A stretch of 63,179 nucleotides of DNA from an uncultured Pelagibacteraceae bacterium (GTDB lineage Bacteria; Pseudomonadota; Alphaproteobacteria; Pelagibacterales; Pelagibacteraceae): the NCBI GenBank assembly GCA_902607525.1, contig CACLKK010000001.1, positions 1 to 63,179 on the forward strand. Reading direction: 5' to 3'. Positions 60,385 to 63,179 of the stretch are shown here, one piece after another. The position numbers and the translations under genes are program-made. The first letter of the stretch is position 1. The number at the start of each line of letters is the position of its first letter. Below the pieces are notes generated by a model. It ran no database searches and was not told where the DNA came from. It saw only the letters and a program-made list of their open reading frames with translations.

Positions 60385-61431
60385 ATGAATAATCCAAAAA
60401 ATCCGAAGTTAGGTCATAATAAAAAGACCTTTTTAGAAAAACCTGTAGAACATATTGATATTACATCTTTTGATTCTAGAAAAATAATTGAATCAATGGA
60501 TAAAATGTCTTTTTCTTCTAGAGATACAGCTAAAGCTTCAGGAATTTTTAATGAAATGTTATCTGATAAAAAGTGTACAACTTTTTTAACACTTGCAGGA
60601 TCAACCTCGGCAGCAGGATGTATGAAAATATATTCTGATATGATTAAATATAATATGATCGATGTTATAGTTGCAACCGGGGCTTCTATTATCGATATGG
60701 ATTTTTTTGAAGCTTTAGGATTTCGACATTATCAAGGTTCACAGTTTCAAGATGATACCCAATTAAGAGAAAACTATATTGACCGAATATATGACACTTA
60801 TATTGATGAAGAAGAGCTTCAAGCTTGTGATAAAACTATATGCGATATAGCTGACGGACTTGATCCTAGGCCATATACATCTAGAGAATTTATAAAAGAA
60901 ATGGGAAAATATTTAAAAAAAAATTCAAAGAAAAAAGAATCATTAATTGAAACTGCTTATGATAATAATGTTCCAATATTTTGCCCTGCTTTTACTGATT
61001 CAAGCGCAGGATTTGGATTAGTAATGCATCAAGAAAAAAATCCAAAAAAATGCTTAACTATAGACTCGGTTAGAGAATTTAGAGAACTAACAGAAATAAA
61101 AATACAATCTAAGTGTTCAGGTCTTTTCATGATAGGCGGCGGTGTTCCAAAAAACTTTGTACAAGATACTGTAGTATGCGCTGAACTTTTAGGAAAAAAA
61201 GTTGATATGCATAAATATGCAGTTCAGATCACTGTTGCAGACACAAGAGATGGGGCCTGCAGTAGTTCTACTCTTAAAGAAGCAAGTTCTTGGGGAAAAG
61301 TTGATGTTTCTAAAGAACAAATGGTTTTTGCTGAAGCAACTAGTGTTCTTCCTCTTATAATTAGTGATGCGTATCATCGAAATCATTGGAAAGAAAGAAA
61401 ACCTAAAAATTTTTCAAATATATTTGGTTAG
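60385..61431 (+). CDS. Deoxyhypusine synthase-like protein (probable homospermidine-type aminobutyl transferase)
   Basis: 348 aa. DHS-family motifs TLAGSTSAAG, GGGVPKNF and a catalytic-lysine context EASSWGKV. The ATG abuts the decarboxylase stop. Confidence 0.85.
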   Translation: MNNPKNPKLGHNKKTFLEKPVEHIDITSFDSRKIIESMDKMSFSSRDTAKASGIFNEMLSDKKCTTFLTLAGSTSAAGCMKIYSDMIKYNMIDVIVATGASIIDMDFFEALGFRHYQGSQFQDDTQLRENYIDRIYDTYIDEEELQACDKTICDIADGLDPRPYTSREFIKEMGKYLKKNSKKKESLIETAYDNNVPIFCPAFTDSSAGFGLVMHQEKNPKKCLTIDSVREFRELTEIKIQSKCSGLFMIGGGVPKNFVQDTVVCAELLGKKVDMHKYAVQITVADTRDGACSSSTLKEASSWGKVDVSKEQMVFAEATSVLPLIISDAYHRNHWKERKPKNFSNIFG

Positions 61432-61434
61432 AAA

Positions 61435-62322
61435 TTGATATATCTTTCAAACAAAAAAGGATTCCTTGGAACTGATAATATAAGCAACAAAAAAGAAAAC
61501 GTTGTTGTTGTTCCATTTGGACTTGAAAAAACTGTTAGTTATGGTGGGGGAACTAGCAAAGGTCCAAAAGAAATAATTAAAGCTTCCCATCAGGTTGAAC
61601 TTTTTGATGAAGATTTAAACAAAGAACCATACAAACATATTGGCATTAAAACTTTAAAACCATTTCCTATTAAAAAAAATATAACTGATGCACTTAAACA
61701 AATAGAAAATATTAACAAAGCGTTATTAGATAAAAAAAAATTTCCTTTAGTATTAGGTGGTGAACATTCTTTGACGGCAGGAGCAATTAAACCATTTATA
61801 AAAAAATTTGGAAAAATATGTTTGCTACATTTTGATGCTCACGCTGACTTAAGAAATAGTTACAATGGTAATAAGTTTTCACATGCTTCTGCAATTAGAA
61901 GGTGTCTGGATAATTCAAATGTTAGTTTAATATCTTTTGGAATTAGAAACATATCTTCAAGTGAAATTCCATTTATGAAAAAAAATAAAAAAAGAATAAA
62001 AATTTACTGGGCAAAAGATAAATCAAAATGGAATTTAAACGAATTTAAAAAAATTATAAAAAATAAAAAAGTATATTTAACTTTTGATGTTGATGGTCTA
62101 GATTTAAGTATAATGCCTGCAACTGGTACGCCTGAGCCTGGTGGTTTATTTTGGAATGAAACTATGAATATTATAAAAACTGCTGCTAAATTTTCTCAGA
62201 TTGTTGGAGCGGACGTAAATGAACTTTCGCCAATAAAAGGTTTTGACTCATATAATTTTTTAGCAGCAAAACTTGTATACAAAATAATTTCATATTCTTT
62301 TGAATTTAAAAAAGCTAAATAG
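61435..62322 (+). CDS. speB: Agmatinase / ureohydrolase family protein
   Basis: 295 aa with a TTG start. Mn-binding motifs GGEHS, HFDAHADL, TFDVDGLD and GADVNELSP. Confidence 0.85.
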   Translation: MIYLSNKKGFLGTDNISNKKENVVVVPFGLEKTVSYGGGTSKGPKEIIKASHQVELFDEDLNKEPYKHIGIKTLKPFPIKKNITDALKQIENINKALLDKKKFPLVLGGEHSLTAGAIKPFIKKFGKICLLHFDAHADLRNSYNGNKFSHASAIRRCLDNSNVSLISFGIRNISSSEIPFMKKNKKRIKIYWAKDKSKWNLNEFKKIIKNKKVYLTFDVDGLDLSIMPATGTPEPGGLFWNETMNIIKTAAKFSQIVGADVNELSPIKGFDSYNFLAAKLVYKIISYSFEFKKAK

Positions 62323-63179
62323 CAAGTAAATCTTTTGTTTGCCATTTGATAGTAACCATAGCTCCATTTGTCTTTGGACACTTATCAAATTTTACATTTG
62401 CTTTCATTCTCTCTAGAAGAGTTTTACCAATAAAAGTTCCTAAACCTAATCCTGATTTTGAGCTAATTATTTTATCTTTTGAACGTATATAAGGTTCACC
62501 CAATACATTTAAAATATCCTCAGCAAAACCTGGTCCATCATCACAGACTTTAACTTGAGTAATTTTATTATCGCTTTCTAAACTTATGTCCACAAATGAA
62601 TTGCTATATTTAACGGCATTACCTATAAAATTTCTAAGTCCATATGTGATTTCTAATGTTCTATCAATTTTAGGATTTGTCTCATTTTTTTCTACAATTA
62701 ATGATAATTTTTTTTCGGAAATTTCAGTAAATGATCTTACAATTTCACTAAGCAATTCTTGAATTTTTATATCAGATAAAAAATCATCCTCTTGCAGTTG
62801 ATCTTTAGAAAGATTTTTTAAAATATCTGAACATCTTTTTGTTTGTGATAAAAGTAAATCAATATCTTTTGTATATTTAGGATTTTTTCCAATTTCTTTT
62901 TCCAATTCTCGAACTATTACAGTTATGGTAGATAAGGGGGTGCCTAGTGAATGAGCCGCTGCTGCGGCTTGTAAACCAATAGATTCTAGTTCATGTTCTT
63001 TAGCAAGGATTAATTCTAATCTATTTAAAGCTTCTGTTCTTTTTCTATTTTCAATACCAAATCTAACTCCAAAATAAGTTAAAAAAACTAAAGTAATAAT
63101 TATAGCTATTGGTAAAGCGTATAAATAAGTATCTGGAATATGAAAATGTAATTCACCATAATGAGGTAATGGTAAATTA
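62315..63179 (-). CDS. regB: Sensor histidine kinase RegB/PrrB/ActS family (5' end beyond window)
   Basis: My hand translation shows the frame stays open from 62905 to the window edge. It reads ...LQAAAAAHSLGTPLSTITVIVREL (H-box), then NFIGNAVKYS, DDGPGF and GLGLGTFIGKTLLE. The track's 'M' at 62905 is an internal TTG (Leu). Confidence 0.85.
   Translation of the reverse strand, partial: NLPLPHYGELHFHIPDTYLYALPIAIIITLVFLTYFGVRFGIENRKRTEALNRLELILAKEHELESIGLQAAAAAHSLGTPLSTITVIVRELEKEIGKNPKYTKDIDLLLSQTKRCSDILKNLSKDQLQEDDFLSDIKIQELLSEIVRSFTEISEKKLSLIVEKNETNPKIDRTLEITYGLRNFIGNAVKYSNSFVDISLESDNKITQVKVCDDGPGFAEDILNVLGEPYIRSKDKIISSKSGLGLGTFIGKTLLERMKANVKFDKCPKTNGAMVTIKWQTKDLLAI

Overview
The window reads as a core chromosomal segment of a very AT-rich, genome-streamlined alphaproteobacterium. 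The Pelagibacterales/SAR11-like assignment is an inference from gene content and synteny, not a database hit. Supporting features are tiny or negative intergenic spacers, many 4-14 nt gene overlaps, and typical alphaproteobacterial neighbourhoods: chvI-chvG...ahcY, regB/regA, tlpA | argH-lipoprotein-lysA, hisC-tyrC, SAM-II-metX-metW, fdxA-carD, rplU-rpmA-obg-proB-proA-nadD-rsfS-ctpA-rppH and atpHAGDC. I can support about 65 protein genes, two tRNAs (Arg-ACG, Leu-CAA), two riboswitches (cobalamin, SAM-II), a few intrinsic terminators and two or three sigma70-like promoters. I saw no transposases, integrases, phage genes, CRISPR arrays or toxin/defence cassettes, so this is not an obvious accessory island. 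Five things deserve a second look. (1) The pyruvate dehydrogenase locus has its lipoyl 'swinging arm' fused to the N-terminus of E1, while the adjacent E2 has no lipoyl domain. (2) A compact cobalamin riboswitch precedes a TonB-dependent receptor gene followed by a cysteine-free 176-aa polytopic membrane protein, a candidate non-canonical inner-membrane corrinoid importer. (3) A well-formed but unannotated 22-codon polybasic micro-gene (MAKRRKKKKGKKKAKKRRRRRR) has its own SD and terminator. (4) A SAM-II aptamer appears wired to an intrinsic terminator/antiterminator rather than to an RBS. (5) A decarboxylase/deoxyhypusine-synthase-like/agmatinase polyamine cassette sits on the opposite strand between regB and regA. 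All functional calls come from motif recognition by eye in the supplied translations. No searches were run.
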